From Camelus dromedarius (taxonomy: Eukaryota), in the NCBI RefSeq assembly GCF_036321535.1, contig NC_087436.1, positions 122,328,001 to 122,392,000 on the forward strand: a DNA stretch of 64,000 nucleotides, given 5' to 3'. Numbering within the stretch: the stretch's first letter is position 1; every line of letters begins with the position of its first letter. Under the pieces are notes generated by a model. That model did no database searches. It was not told where the DNA came from and saw nothing but the letters and a program-made list of their open reading frames with translations. A program made the position numbers and the translations under genes. This document shows, piece after piece, positions 11,448 through 22,864 of this stretch.

Positions 11448-13554
11448 ATTACTTTAGTTAAAAGCAGTGAATTCTTTTTTGAAAGCTTTGAGAGTCAAAT
11501 CTCCAGGAATAAAACTTTTAGAACTGTTAAAAAAAAAAAAAGTCCACGCAGAGGCTCGGGCCAGGACAGGGCACCACATATTCAGGGACAAGGGCACGTT
11601 TATTCAGTCTGGCGGAGAAGAGTGAAGCTCAGAGCACTAAGACGCTTATCCCAAACTGCATACACTCTGCAGCCAGGAAGTTCATCAAAACAAAGCAAAC
11701 CTGCGTACCAGAATACGTGAGTAGAAAGCCTTGCATCTTCAGTTCCCGCTGATTAATTATAGTACTTACTGAGAAAGGTTATTTGCCAGATTTAAAGACC
11801 AGGGCAAAATAAATGTGGATTATGAACTTCAGCATCATCTTCGCACACCCTTTGACGCATGCTCAGTGACAATCCCATGTCTCCTATAGCACACGTTCTA
11901 TTGGTGTCTTCTACCCTCTCACCAGCACTTCTCAGTGAGTCTAATCCCACCTACTTTTACATGATTTACACTGAAGCAGCAAACCATAAAAAAGGGAGTA
12001 ACTAATTAGTTTACATTCTGCCATGTGAGTTAACTTTTTTTTGAGTAAACTTTTTAACACTGGACTACTTGTAGGAGAGGTCCCACACAGGTGGAAGGCT
12101 CCATTCACTCCTCCGAAACTAAGCCACGGGTCTCTAATTTCTCATTTCTAATTCCTGCAATTCTGACATAATCTTCATCTGATTCCTCACATTTAAGTAA
12201 ATGCTATTTTAACAGCCCAGTGTAAATCAGCTAAATAAAAACCATGAGCCTTAGTAGCCACATGTGGCAGCCTGTTTACCTTACTGTTTTGTTCTATGTT
12301 TCTCCACATAACTTCAAATTATGTTAATTTACAAACCACATTGCATTTATCATACATGTGCACACACAAGAATAATACGCTCATGATTTTCTGAAATTCA
12401 TAAAGTTATTTATCTGATTTTCCTAAATTGGAATGTTTACCACTGGAATCAGAGGCCAGCCTCAACGGTAGTCATGCAGTCTCGGGGGGAGGACTTTTGT
12501 ACCACAAAAGTCCTCACTTTACCAACCATCGGCCCAAGACTGAAGGCTGCTGGGCGTCTGAGAAAATGGAAGAAAAGAAAAGGAAATGACTCAAAGTAAT
12601 CGTGCTTAGGGCATGAGTCCTCTGCACTTCCAGTCGGCAGTTTAGATTTGAACTAAGGGCGGTTGTGGGGTGCAGAAGCGCACAGCAAGCACACCGCCAA
12701 GAGCCTGTGCTCTCAGGACTTGTTTCCTTCACGTTGCATATCAGAGCTGTGCTTTTTCATTGTTGCTCTCATATTTAAATATGTAACAGGACCTTTAAAA
12801 CAGCTGAGAAAATAAAAAAGTTAAAGTCCTGGTTACATAAATGAGATGGGATGGTGTCTAACTTATTTTCCATCTTAATAATCTTATTTTAAAGTACATA
12901 AAAGAAGAGTCAGTATACTCAACGCGTGGTACCCACGTGAGGTTTTTAAGTTGTTTAGTGATTAGGGAACACACATCTTGGCGCTTAAGTCATTCAAAAG
13001 TCAAGGCCTTGAACGTCTGAGAGCGGTTGTCAGGACTGAAGAACTTCCCTACCCTAGCTCTGCACTCACCCTCACCGACTTGGTCTTCCTTTCACAGGTT
13101 CTGTGACACACACGCACACACACGCGCTCTAACCACCAGCCCAGGAGTGATTAACGCCGTGGTGATACTAAGTTTCCACTCGCATGTCAAATCTACTCGC
13201 GTCTTGGCACACAAGGAGAAAACACTAACGCTGCACCGGGTCCTGTTCCTTCGGCCGAAACTCGGACTAGCTTTTTTTAAAAGCCGAGATTTTAAACCGC
13301 CCTTCTCACGAGTCGGGCAGAGCCGGCCGCTCGGCCCGGGGACGCACCGCTGCGCGCCCGGGGGCCTCGGGCCGCTGTCTGCGCCCAGCGCGGGCGCCGA
13401 GGGCCCGCAGCCCCGGGCGGGGTCCCCGCGCCTCCACCTGCCAAGGCCAGGCGGCTCGGGCGCCCGCGCTGACCAACGGCCGGCGTCCGGGTGTCAGCGC
13501 GGACCCTCCGCAGACAAAAAGCGCCCCCGGCCCCGGCCGCCCCTCCCACCGCCA

Positions 13555-13600
13555 CCCGGCCCGGCCCGGCCCGGCCCGGCCCCGGCCCCGGCCCCGGCCC
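13555..13600. repeat. (CCCGG)5(CCCCGG)3 tandem repeat
   Basis: Read directly from the sequence. Confidence 0.9.
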
Positions 13601-13785
13601 GCTCGGCGCCGCCGCGAACAAAGGCCGCCGGCCCGGAGGCCGGCACAGGTGCAGCCGCCGGCCCCGGGCCCAACATGGCCGCGCCCGCCCGCCGCCCGGC
13701 CCCGTTAGCCCGCCCGGCCCGGCCCCGGCCCCTCCGCCCCTCCGCCCCTCCAACCCGCGGCGGTTGGGCCGGCGGCGCCAGTGAC

Positions 13786-13925
13786 CTGTTGTGCGGCGCA
13801 TCCTCTGGCGACGGCGGCGGCGGCGGCGGCTCTCCGGCGCGGCGGCTCCGGCGGCGGCGGCCGGGGAGGGGGCCGGGGCCGGGGCCGCGGGGGAGGGAGG
13901 GAGGGAGGGCCGAGGGAGGGGAGGG

Positions 13926-13963
<38 letters not shown>

Positions 13964-14060
13964 GCGCAGCGCGGCCAGGCCGAGGCTCTCCGCGCGCGGC
14001 GCCGACCCCGCCCCCGCGCCTCCCGCCCGCCGCCGCCGCCGCCGGGCCGCCGCCGCCTCG
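13786..14060 (-). other. NSD2: NSD2 non-coding exon 1 (5' end approximate)
   Basis: Minus strand ...GCGCGCGGAGAGCCTCGGCCTGGCCGCGCTGCGCCCGCCGCC...GAGGATGCGCCGCACAACAG|gtcact resembles the human NSD2 first exon as recalled. Synteny with LETM1 and FGFR3 supports the call. Confidence 0.75.
13926..13961. repeat. (GGC)12 trinucleotide repeat, (GCC)12 in NSD2 sense
   Basis: 12 perfect units counted. Confidence 0.95.
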
Positions 14061-17000
14061 CAGAAGCCGCGGGAAAGTGAGCGCCGCTGATTGGCTGCCG
14101 CGCTCGCGGGGCTGCGGCCGGGCTTTTCAAATCCGCGCGGGGCGGGGCGGCTGCGAGCGGGGGCCGGGGACGCGGGCGGGGACCGCTGGCCTGGGGTCGG
14201 GGGCGCTGGCCGGGGCCTAGGGTCGAGGGCGCGGGCCGGGGCGGGGAGCGCGGGACCCCGCGAGCCGCCTCAGACCGGCTCCGGGCGCGCGCCCCGCTCC
14301 CGCTACTCGGCCAGGCGCGCGACAGGAGGCGGCTCAACCGAAAGCCCGGAGCCAGAGTCCGGAGCGCGCGCGCGCGGGGTGGTGACGTCACTGTCGCGCG
14401 CCCAATCGTCGCCAGCGAGGCCGCCCGCGCGATCGCGGCCCCAGCTCGGGGCGCGCGGCCGTGGAGCCGGGATAGGGGGCCAGCGGCGCCGCTCCCGCCC
14501 TGGCTCCCCGCGTGGCCTACGCCCGCAAGGCCGCGCGCGGGCTAGGCCTGTGCTAGCCGCAGGCCGACACCCAAGTGGTCACCCACGTGGTCACCCACAC
14601 GCCCCTGCCTCGGTGCGTGAAGAGGGCTCCCAGGTCAGGAGGCTCTCTGGCGCGGGTCCCCAGTCCGGGAAGGCGGAGGTCAGGTTCCAACCGCCCCTGG
14701 ACGCGAAACAGCTGGAACTCGCAGGAAAGCAATATTGGGGGAGCTCCCAGGACTGCCGAAAAGGGTGCAGCGGCCCCCATACCTGCCCTCCCGGAACCTG
14801 CATCACAAACACCAAGTGGGAGAGGGGAAAGCAGGCCGGAGAGAGGCTGGCCGTCGCGATGGTAGTGAGGTCTTCCTGCAGAATATCTGCAGGGCGTGGA
14901 TTCAGCCTTCCCCGCACCTCGCAAGCTCGGATCTGGCCTGGGTCTCGGTGCAGTGGGGAGTCCGTGGTCAGAGGCAGAACTTCCAGCCCCTGAAACTGCT
15001 AGGGTTCATGCCATTCTTGTGAGGCTGGGGTGGGGAAGAGGCCCAGGGCAGGCCTAGGAGTGTCAACCAGTGGTCAGGGTCTAGCTTTGAGAAGATCACC
15101 CTGGCTTATGGTGAGGACAGTGGACTATTACGGTGGACACAGAGATGTGCCCCTCAAGTGCCCATTCAAGGAAGGTCTTCCTGCCCAGCTTCCAGCTGCC
15201 AGCTCCTACAGGGTCTACGCCAGCTGCAGAGAGCCACCTCCCTGCTGGTCTCTCTTTCCTGGGGCAGCCACATCTGGTAACTGAAGGGATGGAATACAAA
15301 GGCCTGGTCAGCTCTGCCAGTGCAGGACTCTGGTAGGCCACACTCACTTAAGAGAAGTTGGCACTTCAGACTCCCTACCTCCAGCAGGGCAAGCTTCTGC
15401 TTCCCCAGAGCATGAGAGGCCCTCCGCAGTGTCCCAGGGGAAAAGGATTACAGACTTGCTCACCCTCCCATCCAAGGCTATATGGTGAGATCCTACTGTG
15501 TGTGCTGCACCCTTGCAGGGTACTGGAGCCTGAGCGACCAGAAGAGAAGCCCTTCCCCTATCAGTCACTGCCAGGACTCACCTCCGGCCACCAGGTGCCA
15601 CTGGAAGGTGTCTAGCTGGGTGGTGGTCCATTCACATTTGCATTTTGCCACATCTCTTGGCTGTAGGGAGAGTAGGTACTCTCTCTGGGCCCTGGATCCC
15701 TCTGCAGCACAAGCCTGAAAACTGCCCATCTCCCCAGTATCTTTAAATCCCTGCAGTACAAGACAAGTACCACCAGATCTCATTTGATTTCACAGATTTA
15801 GAATTAGGCTCCTCTTCAAAAAAAAAAAAAAAAAAACTCTAGAATAGTGCAATCAACATGTAAATTTATTCAAAACATGCAAGTGTGTGTTTAAATTTTC
15901 TTGAAGAAAGTTATTTGGTGCTGGCTGATATTTTCCCGCTGAGTGCAGGCCTCCCTGGGCCCTAAGCCCTTTTCATCCAGTCTGGCCATTTGGGCAGCCT
16001 CAGCCCTGCACACACCAGGGTCCTCACCCTGTGGAGACCATATTTCTGATGATCAGGTCTCCCTCCATCAGTGCAAGGAACAGGAGCCCCTCACAGGACT
16101 GAAGGAAGCCGTGGACAGGTAGATTCCTGGGTGAGGAGACTCTCATCTGCCCCTTTGCCCCCTTGCAGATGGGGGAGGGCCATGATGGTGGAAGACCCAA
16201 GCCTGGTGGGCACAGAGAGGTGCAGGGCACTCAAGGATATCAGCAGCTGGGGCCGAACCTTGTTTGGGTCTCTTTGAGAGTCTTAACATTTCTCAGAATG
16301 AAAACTATACTTAGAGAGGAGATTGCAGGAAACCGAGGGACTGGGAATCTACTGATATCAAGTAGCAACCACAGAGGAGAGGCATTCCAGGGGCAATGGC
16401 TGCCCTGCTCTGGCCTATTGGGGTTCAGTTGCTCTCCATCTCAGCTCCCCCCTGCTGCCCCGCCCCCATCAGCCTCTCAGGCTGAGGCCGAACTAGGTAA
16501 GGCATTTAGAATCAGAGAACCCCAGGCCTGCCTGCTAGCTCTAAGGCCAGCCATGCAGCCACAGAACAAGGGGTCAAGTGGAGCTGGGAGTCCCCTGGTC
16601 TCAAAGTCTGCAGCCACTAACCGCTCACTCAGGGCATACAGTTCTAGGGGGCACAGTCCACTCCATGTTCTCTGTGTGGTCCTAGCCAAAGCCCACTCTG
16701 CCTCCCTGCTCCTCCTCCACACAGGCCCTGCAGCTCATGGCTGAGACCTCCCTGCAAGAGCTGCTGCCAAAGGCAAAGCCCAGGCCCCTTAACCAAAGGA
16801 GCCCCCGAGCCCCGGTTTGGCCTCCCCATCCCCCACCAGGGCCAGGGTCCCCCAGGGGCCAGGCTCATTGCTGTTTCCATGGGGATGCATGCACTCTGAC
16901 CCCAGCCTTTCTCCATCCCTGGCCAAATAAAGAGAGCTTCCAAGTGGAAACCAGTGGTCTCAAGCCGCCCCTCCTCCCATGCCCCAGGTGGCCCCTGCCT

Positions 17001-18211
17001 CCAAGGAGGGGAGTGGGGGAGGCCCAGAGCCCAAGCCAAGCAGTGGCCAAGGCCTCACACCCCCAGACCTTCTTGGCAGCCCCTTCCCAGCCCTGACCGC
17101 TCTGCTCCCCAGGCTGGAAGTTTGCCTTTCTAAAGGCTCAATTCTTCCTCAGTTCTTGCCTAGCCCAAGGACCACTTCCGTTCACTGGGCCAGCCCACAG
17201 GAGTTAGCGGCAGTACTGTGAGGCCTCTCAGGGTCACATGGGCCAACCCTCCATTGAGCAAGGGTCCCTGTCAGGGAGATGACGTGGAGACTGAAGCTTT
17301 GCTGAAAAACCACGCACCCCCACCCAAATCCCAGGTGAGAGGCCTGAACAGGAGGCCTCCCCACCTTCTCTGCCCGCCCCTCTCTCCATCAGCCTCAAGA
17401 TTGACCTACAGGAGCCCCGGAGGCCTGAGGTGCCTGTCATCAGAATCTCAGTGGTCACCTGCAGGAACAAACCACAGCCCCGGACCATAGTCCCCTCCTA
17501 AGGGCAACCTCAGAGCCATCTTCCCCACCTCCCCACCCCGCCATGGGCTGCGTCCTGGAGATTCCACCCCAGCCAGCCTGGGGCTTACCCCTCCCCAGGA
17601 TTCCACTTCCTAAAACCTCCTCTAAGCCAGCCTCTGCTCTCCTGCCACCCTGCCCCGCTCCTACCAGGGTCTTAGTTCGGCTTCCTATCTGGAATTGGGC
17701 AGCAGTTTTCTCCTCACTGGTTCCCCACCACTTTCTCCCCCTTTAGTTCATTCTCTGCACCCAGCCAAGGGAAGTTTCCTAAACCACAAAACTGATCATG
17801 TCACCCACCTGCTAGAAATCCTGCTATGGCTCCCCAGTGCCCCCTCACAAAGCCCACTTCTTGGCGAGCCTTGCATCAGACTTGCAGGAATGAGGAGGCC
17901 ATCACACTCTGCCTCTTCCACCAGCCCTCTCCCCAGTGCTCCCGGTCAATAAAGCTCACTCCTCACTGGACTACACCCCTTGGACAGACACGTGCACCTA
18001 CCCCTGGGCAGGGTACCAGACTGGACTTCTTCCCTTCCTCTCCCCATGCCAGGTCTTAGCTGGGATGTGACTTTCTCCAGAAGCCTTCCTCTACCCCCTC
18101 TCAGGCTGGCTGAGTCCCCCTGGGGGCACACGCAGCCCACGTTTATCTCCAGGTGCCCGTGCGACCTCATGATGGACTGAGTGCCAGGCTTCCAGGCTTG
18201 GTTTCCCCTTG

Positions 18212-18623
18212 TTCTAGCAGCTTCAGGCTGCTGATAGAGTACCACAGGACAATGCAAAGTCTTTCACAGTTCCGGAGGCCAGAAGCCTGAAACCAAAATG
18301 CATGTAGGGGCTTGTTCCCTCCAAAGGCTCTCCCTAGCTTCTGGTGGTGGCTGGCAGTCCATGGTGGTCTTTGGTTTCTATCAGCATCTCTTCACTCCCA
18401 GGCTCTGTCTTCACAGGGCCCTCTCCCTGCGTCTCCACCTGTCTGTTTTCTCTTCCTATAAGGTCACTAGTCATTGGATTAGGGCCCACCTAATGACCCC
18501 GTCTTAAGTTAATGACATCTGCAAAGACCCTGTTTCCAGTTAAGGTCGCATTCCCATGCACCGGAGTTGGTACTTAAACACATCTCTTTTTTGGCGGGAG
18601 GCGTCACAATTCAACCCACAACA
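18212..18623 (-). mobile_element. MaLR (MLT1-like) LTR
   Basis: cacagttccggaggccagaagcctgaaacc...gtcattggattagggcccaccta...cacaattcaacccacaaca are MLT1 hallmark segments. Confidence 0.75.
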
Positions 18624-18699
18624 CCTCTCTTCCTAGTTGCATGACCTTGGGCAGGTTGTGAGGCCTCTGTATGTGAAAGGGTGACAAGAATAGCTCATT

Positions 18700-19320
18700 A
18701 CTTGCTTTGGGAGCGGCTGCGAGGCAGGAATGGCTGTGTCAAGTCAGAGCCCGCCTCCGCTGAGGTAGCGAGCTCGCACCTGTGGGGCCGCCCGCCCTCC
18801 AGAAAGCGCAGGGTGGGGACGGTGCGAGCCAGGCGCGGCGGAGCGACTGGGACAGGGAGGCTCACACGATGAGGAGTCCTGGCCTGGCCTGGCCGGGCGG
18901 CGGGGCTCCCAAGGTTAGGGACCCGCGGGGAGAGCCGGCCGCAGGTCTCCCTCCGCCCTGACCCCGCCTCCGAGCCCAGCCCCACACAGTCCCGCCGCTC
19001 ATTGGTCACGCTCCTCAAAGCCCCGCCCCCTAGCGGCCCCGCCCTGTGCCCGCGCTCTGCTCTCGCTCGCACCGGTCATGTCGGCTCTCCGCCCCGCGTC
19101 AAGGCTGTTTGGTTTTTGCCGCTCTGGCTCTCTTGGAGGGAGGCAAGCGATGCCTGAGAACGGACAGCAGTGGTGAGAAGACGGGCGACGTCCACCATGC
19201 CGCCCGCACCCCTCCTGCAGCCCCTGCACCCCCCACCTCTTCACCGAGACTGCCCAGATCCAGGACCAGCCTGGGCAGGGCCCGCGGCCAGCGCTGCCCA
19301 CTCACTCAGGCTTCGGCTAA
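18700..19320. promoter_or_regulatory. Small intergenic CpG-rich element with consensus CTCF motif
   Basis: Local CpG enrichment. Minus-strand CCGCTAGGGGGCGG (19023-19036), CCAAT (19001-19005 minus), GC boxes. Confidence 0.6.
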
Positions 19321-20329
19321 AGAAACATTGTTTTGTGCTACAGTAGCGCTTCTTTTTCTAATTGTGAAAATTTCAGGAAATTAAAACCCAGGACAGCAGA
19401 AAGAAGAAAATAAAAGTTCTTCCTAAGCCCTGGGCCTGCAGCGAGATGTAAGCGCTGTTAAGAGCTTGGGGAGTGCTGTGGACCACTGCTGTTCTGGATA
19501 GGTGACCAGCTTCACTGACCTAAGTTGGGGACTGACCAGGGACAGGAGGAATGGCCACTAGGAGCCACTTCCTGCTCCCAGCCAGACAGATCCTTTTTAT
19601 TACTTTTTTCACTGGAATAAACTTAAATTTACAGGGGAAAAAAAGGCAAATATAGCAGAGTTGCCCCCAACTGTTTCCCCTAATGTCAACTGACCTTACA
19701 TTTCCATAGTAGCTTTGTCAAAACTAAGAAACCAATGTGACTAAACCCCAGACTTGATTCAGAGCTTGCCAGTTTTCCCACAAATGTAGAAGAATCTCTT
19801 TTAAAAGGAAACTCTAACCAAGGCTGCTGCTGTGGGCTGTAACAGAGAAGTTGGGACAAGACCAGCCTCCCACCGTAAGCACCATTACATGCACAAAACA
19901 GCTGAGATGATGGTTCTCAGGTGGTGAGGAAAGGCAAGCGCAGGACTGCGATCCCGAGGGAAGGGGCCTCCCAGAGGCACTCCTGGACACCGTGCAGCCC
20001 GGCTCTCTACCTGTGGGCAGCCTCCTCCCATGGCACAGGGAGATGGAGTCCAACAGGGCAGTGATGCGGCTGGAAGCTGTGGGGAGGGCCCTGGAGAAGA
20101 GGCCAGGTGTAGAGGGGAGTCCCACTGTCCTTGGCTGAGGACGTGCTTAGGGTGAGGATCCTGGACTGACCAGAAAACAACTTCTGTGGGACTCTGGCCT
20201 GGCCAGAGTGGAGGCCTCATGGAGTCCCATGAACGTCCCTGGACATGCAGCTGAGACCCTAAGGTGCACGCCCTGGGAACTGATGCTGCACCCTGGAGCA
20301 GAACACTCTCCGGACATATCGTCTCAGCC

Positions 20330-20735
20330 ACCTATTGCTGAGGTCATAGAGCCCTGAAGCTTAGTGATTCAGAACAGCTGTCAACACTGCTTATCACATG
20401 CAATTTCTTTGTCAGGAATTCGGAAGTGGGGGAGCTGGATAGTTCTGGCTCAAGGCTCAAGGTCTCCCATGAGCTTGCAGACAAGATGACACCCAGGGCT
20501 GCTGGCATCTAAAGGCTTGCCTGGGGCTGTGGATGGACCGCCAAGGTGGTTTACTCAGGTGGTGCTGCTCATTGGCAGAAGGCCTCAGTTCTTCCCCATT
20601 TGGGCCTCTCCAGGGGCTGCTCAAGTGTTCCCCTAACATGGGGGCTGCCTTCCCTCAGAGCAGGAATCCAAAAAGGAGGAAGGCAGAAATAGCAGTCTTT
20701 TGTGATCTGGCCTTCAAAAGCACACGTGGTCATTT
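20330..20735 (-). mobile_element. MaLR (MLT1-like) LTR fragment
   Basis: gtcaggaattcggaagtgg...ctcaaggtctcccatgagcttgca...ggcctcagttcttcccca...ttttgtgatctggccttca pattern. Confidence 0.6.
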
Positions 20736-21769
20736 TCAGAGGATGATAACAGAATCTAGAGGTTGTAACATATCATCTAGAACAACCAATATACAAAAAA
20801 AAAAAAAGTCATGAGGCACGCAGAGAAAAGGCAACTGATAAAAAATATTTGCCAAAATGATGGCCAAAATTTGTCCACAGTTGACAAAAACATTAACCTA
20901 CACATCTAAGAAGCTCAGCAAACCCAAGAAGGCTGAATCCTGCTTGGATGCAAACCACACGTAAGCACCCCATATCATCAAACCAGAGGGGCAGGCAGTA
21001 AGGACAGAGACAGTGGTCATAAACAATGGCAATCCAAATATCACTCTTTTACAAACTTACCCTCAAAAGAAAACAGTCCTGTGAATACACTAACTTGCCC
21101 AGGTCTCATGCAGGGGTCTCCTTAGCTTCAAAGCAACTATGCCTCTGATTGGGACCCACCATGAGGGGGGTCATGGAACAGGGAACAGCTGACCAATGAA
21201 AGAAGAGGATGGATGAAACTTTGACATGTGACAGAGGGACATGGCAGATTGGGGGAAAAGAGAGACAATTCAATAAGGAGGCCTGGGATGCTGGGTTATC
21301 CATAAGGTAAAAAACAAAAACAAAGTAAACACAAAAAATGAATCTGGGCTTGTACCTCACACTACATGCAAAAATTCCTGGAACCTCTAGATGGATCGAA
21401 GTCTTAAACAGTGAAAGAAAATATTTAACTCCTTTGGTATAAGACATAAATGAATACCTTCCTGACCTTATGTTAGGGAAGACCTTGCTAAAAAGGCCAG
21501 GGGAAACCTGTTAGCTGTCAAAGGGAAGATCTGTTTGCACTAAAATGTAAACCTTCTGTTCGTCGAAAGACACTAAGAGCACCCAGAACGAGCCTGAAGG
21601 AGAGCAAGCTGCAGGCCTGACGGTGCCGCGTTCCAAGTGCAATTACAAGCTGCAGTCATTAAAACCGCTCACTACTGGCTCAAGTATAAACAAAAAGAAC
21701 AAGCAACAGAAGAGAGTCCCATGCACACCTGGCCCCCTGACTTCCAACAAAAGCACTGCTGCAGTTAAT

Positions 21770-22125
21770 GGGATATGTTATTTGCTTCTGCAACAAATTC
21801 TTGTAAACTCAGTGGCTTAAAACCTCCCAAATTTATCATCTTAAAGTTTTGTAGGTCGGAAATCTGACACAGGTCTCGCTGGTCTAAAATCAAGGTGTTG
21901 CCAGGGATGCATTCCCGTCCGGAGGCTCTGGGAGAGAATTAATTTCCTTGTCTTTTCCAGCCTCTAGAGGCTGCTTGCATCCCTTGGCACAAGGCCCCTT
22001 CCTCAGTCTTCGAAGACAGCCACAGCTGCCTGAGCCCCTCTCACACGGAATCACTCTGACCACCTCCTCTGTAGTCACATCTCCCTCTGCCTCTCTCTTC
22101 TGCCTCCCTCTTCCTCCTCTGTAAG
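21770..22125 (-). mobile_element. MaLR (MLT1-like) LTR fragment
   Basis: ctcagtggcttaaaac...aatcaaggtgttgccaggg...ggaggctctgggagagaat...ttttccagcctctagaggctgc. Confidence 0.7.
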
Positions 22126-22864
22126 CCTTTTGCTTTGGTTGGAGTGGGGGCTGCATAGGTGTGTGCATAATGGAAAAATGTTTCACACTGTATACTTGGG
22201 ACTTGGCCACTTCACCTCACATACACTGAAGTAAAAGTGAAAGTTAATTTTAAAATTAAAACTTTTAATTTGAAAGGTTTACAAAAAGGTTTTCCAGCAA
22301 ACCCAGGGTTCTGTTATGAAGAAGCAATGAGAGAGGTGGGTTGCAACAGGAAGCCAGGAGGCACAACCTCAGTCCCATAGACCCCATCCTTGGGGTCTCA
22401 AGAATCAAACGCATGTCCCTCCCATATCACAGCCCACAGCCACCATCTTGGTTGTGCAGGTTGTTCCATGCCTGTGCATACATAAGGCTGCTGGAGGAAG
22501 ACATACCTTTCCCCATGGTGCTCAAAGGCACCTGGCGCCTCTCCCCAAGGACCTTACCCTCCAGCCCTGCCTCAGGCCCCTCTCCTGGGCTCACACCCTT
22601 GCCCTTGCCATGGCCCAGAGCACAAGCCATGCCCACCACCCCCGTTGTAAGCATCCCTCTGTTGCCAGCTTACTTGCTCTGGTACCCAATTCCAAACTCC
22701 CTTTAGTCCTAGCAGGCCCCACAGGTCAGTGATCTTGCCACCTTCCACTATCCCAAGCCCCCCCCCCACCTCTTCCCCAGTTCAAACTTCCCAGTCAAGA
22801 CTTATGTAAAGCCGCTCCCTTGTGCACACCCTGACTCCATGGTCCCTCTCTTCCTTCTTCACAC

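Larger units (their letters stand above)
1..13785 (-). other. NSD2: NSD2 (WHSC1) intron 1, running off the left edge of the window
   Basis: Starts at the minus-strand donor CAG|GTCACT after exon 1. No coding exons recognised. Position is head-to-head with LETM1 as in the known mammalian gene order. Confidence 0.75.
13300..14620 (-). promoter_or_regulatory. NSD2: CpG-island promoter of NSD2
   Basis: Very high GC and CpG. E2F TTTCCCGC (14069-14076, minus), CCAAT boxes (14090-14094 minus; 14402-14406 plus), CHR TTTGAA (14126-14131 minus), palindromic CRE TGACGTCA (14383-14390), E-box CACGTG (14584-14589), YY1-like CAACATGGCCGC (13671-13682), several GC boxes. Confidence 0.85.

Noticed and set aside
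13027..14993. Long ORFs of 397, 300 and 228 aa over the NSD2 island
   Set aside because: Stop-poor GC-rich sequence open in several frames on both strands; P/A/G/R low complexity.
15818..15836. Poly(A) run of ~19 nt
   Set aside because: No recognisable upstream retroelement body or TSD.
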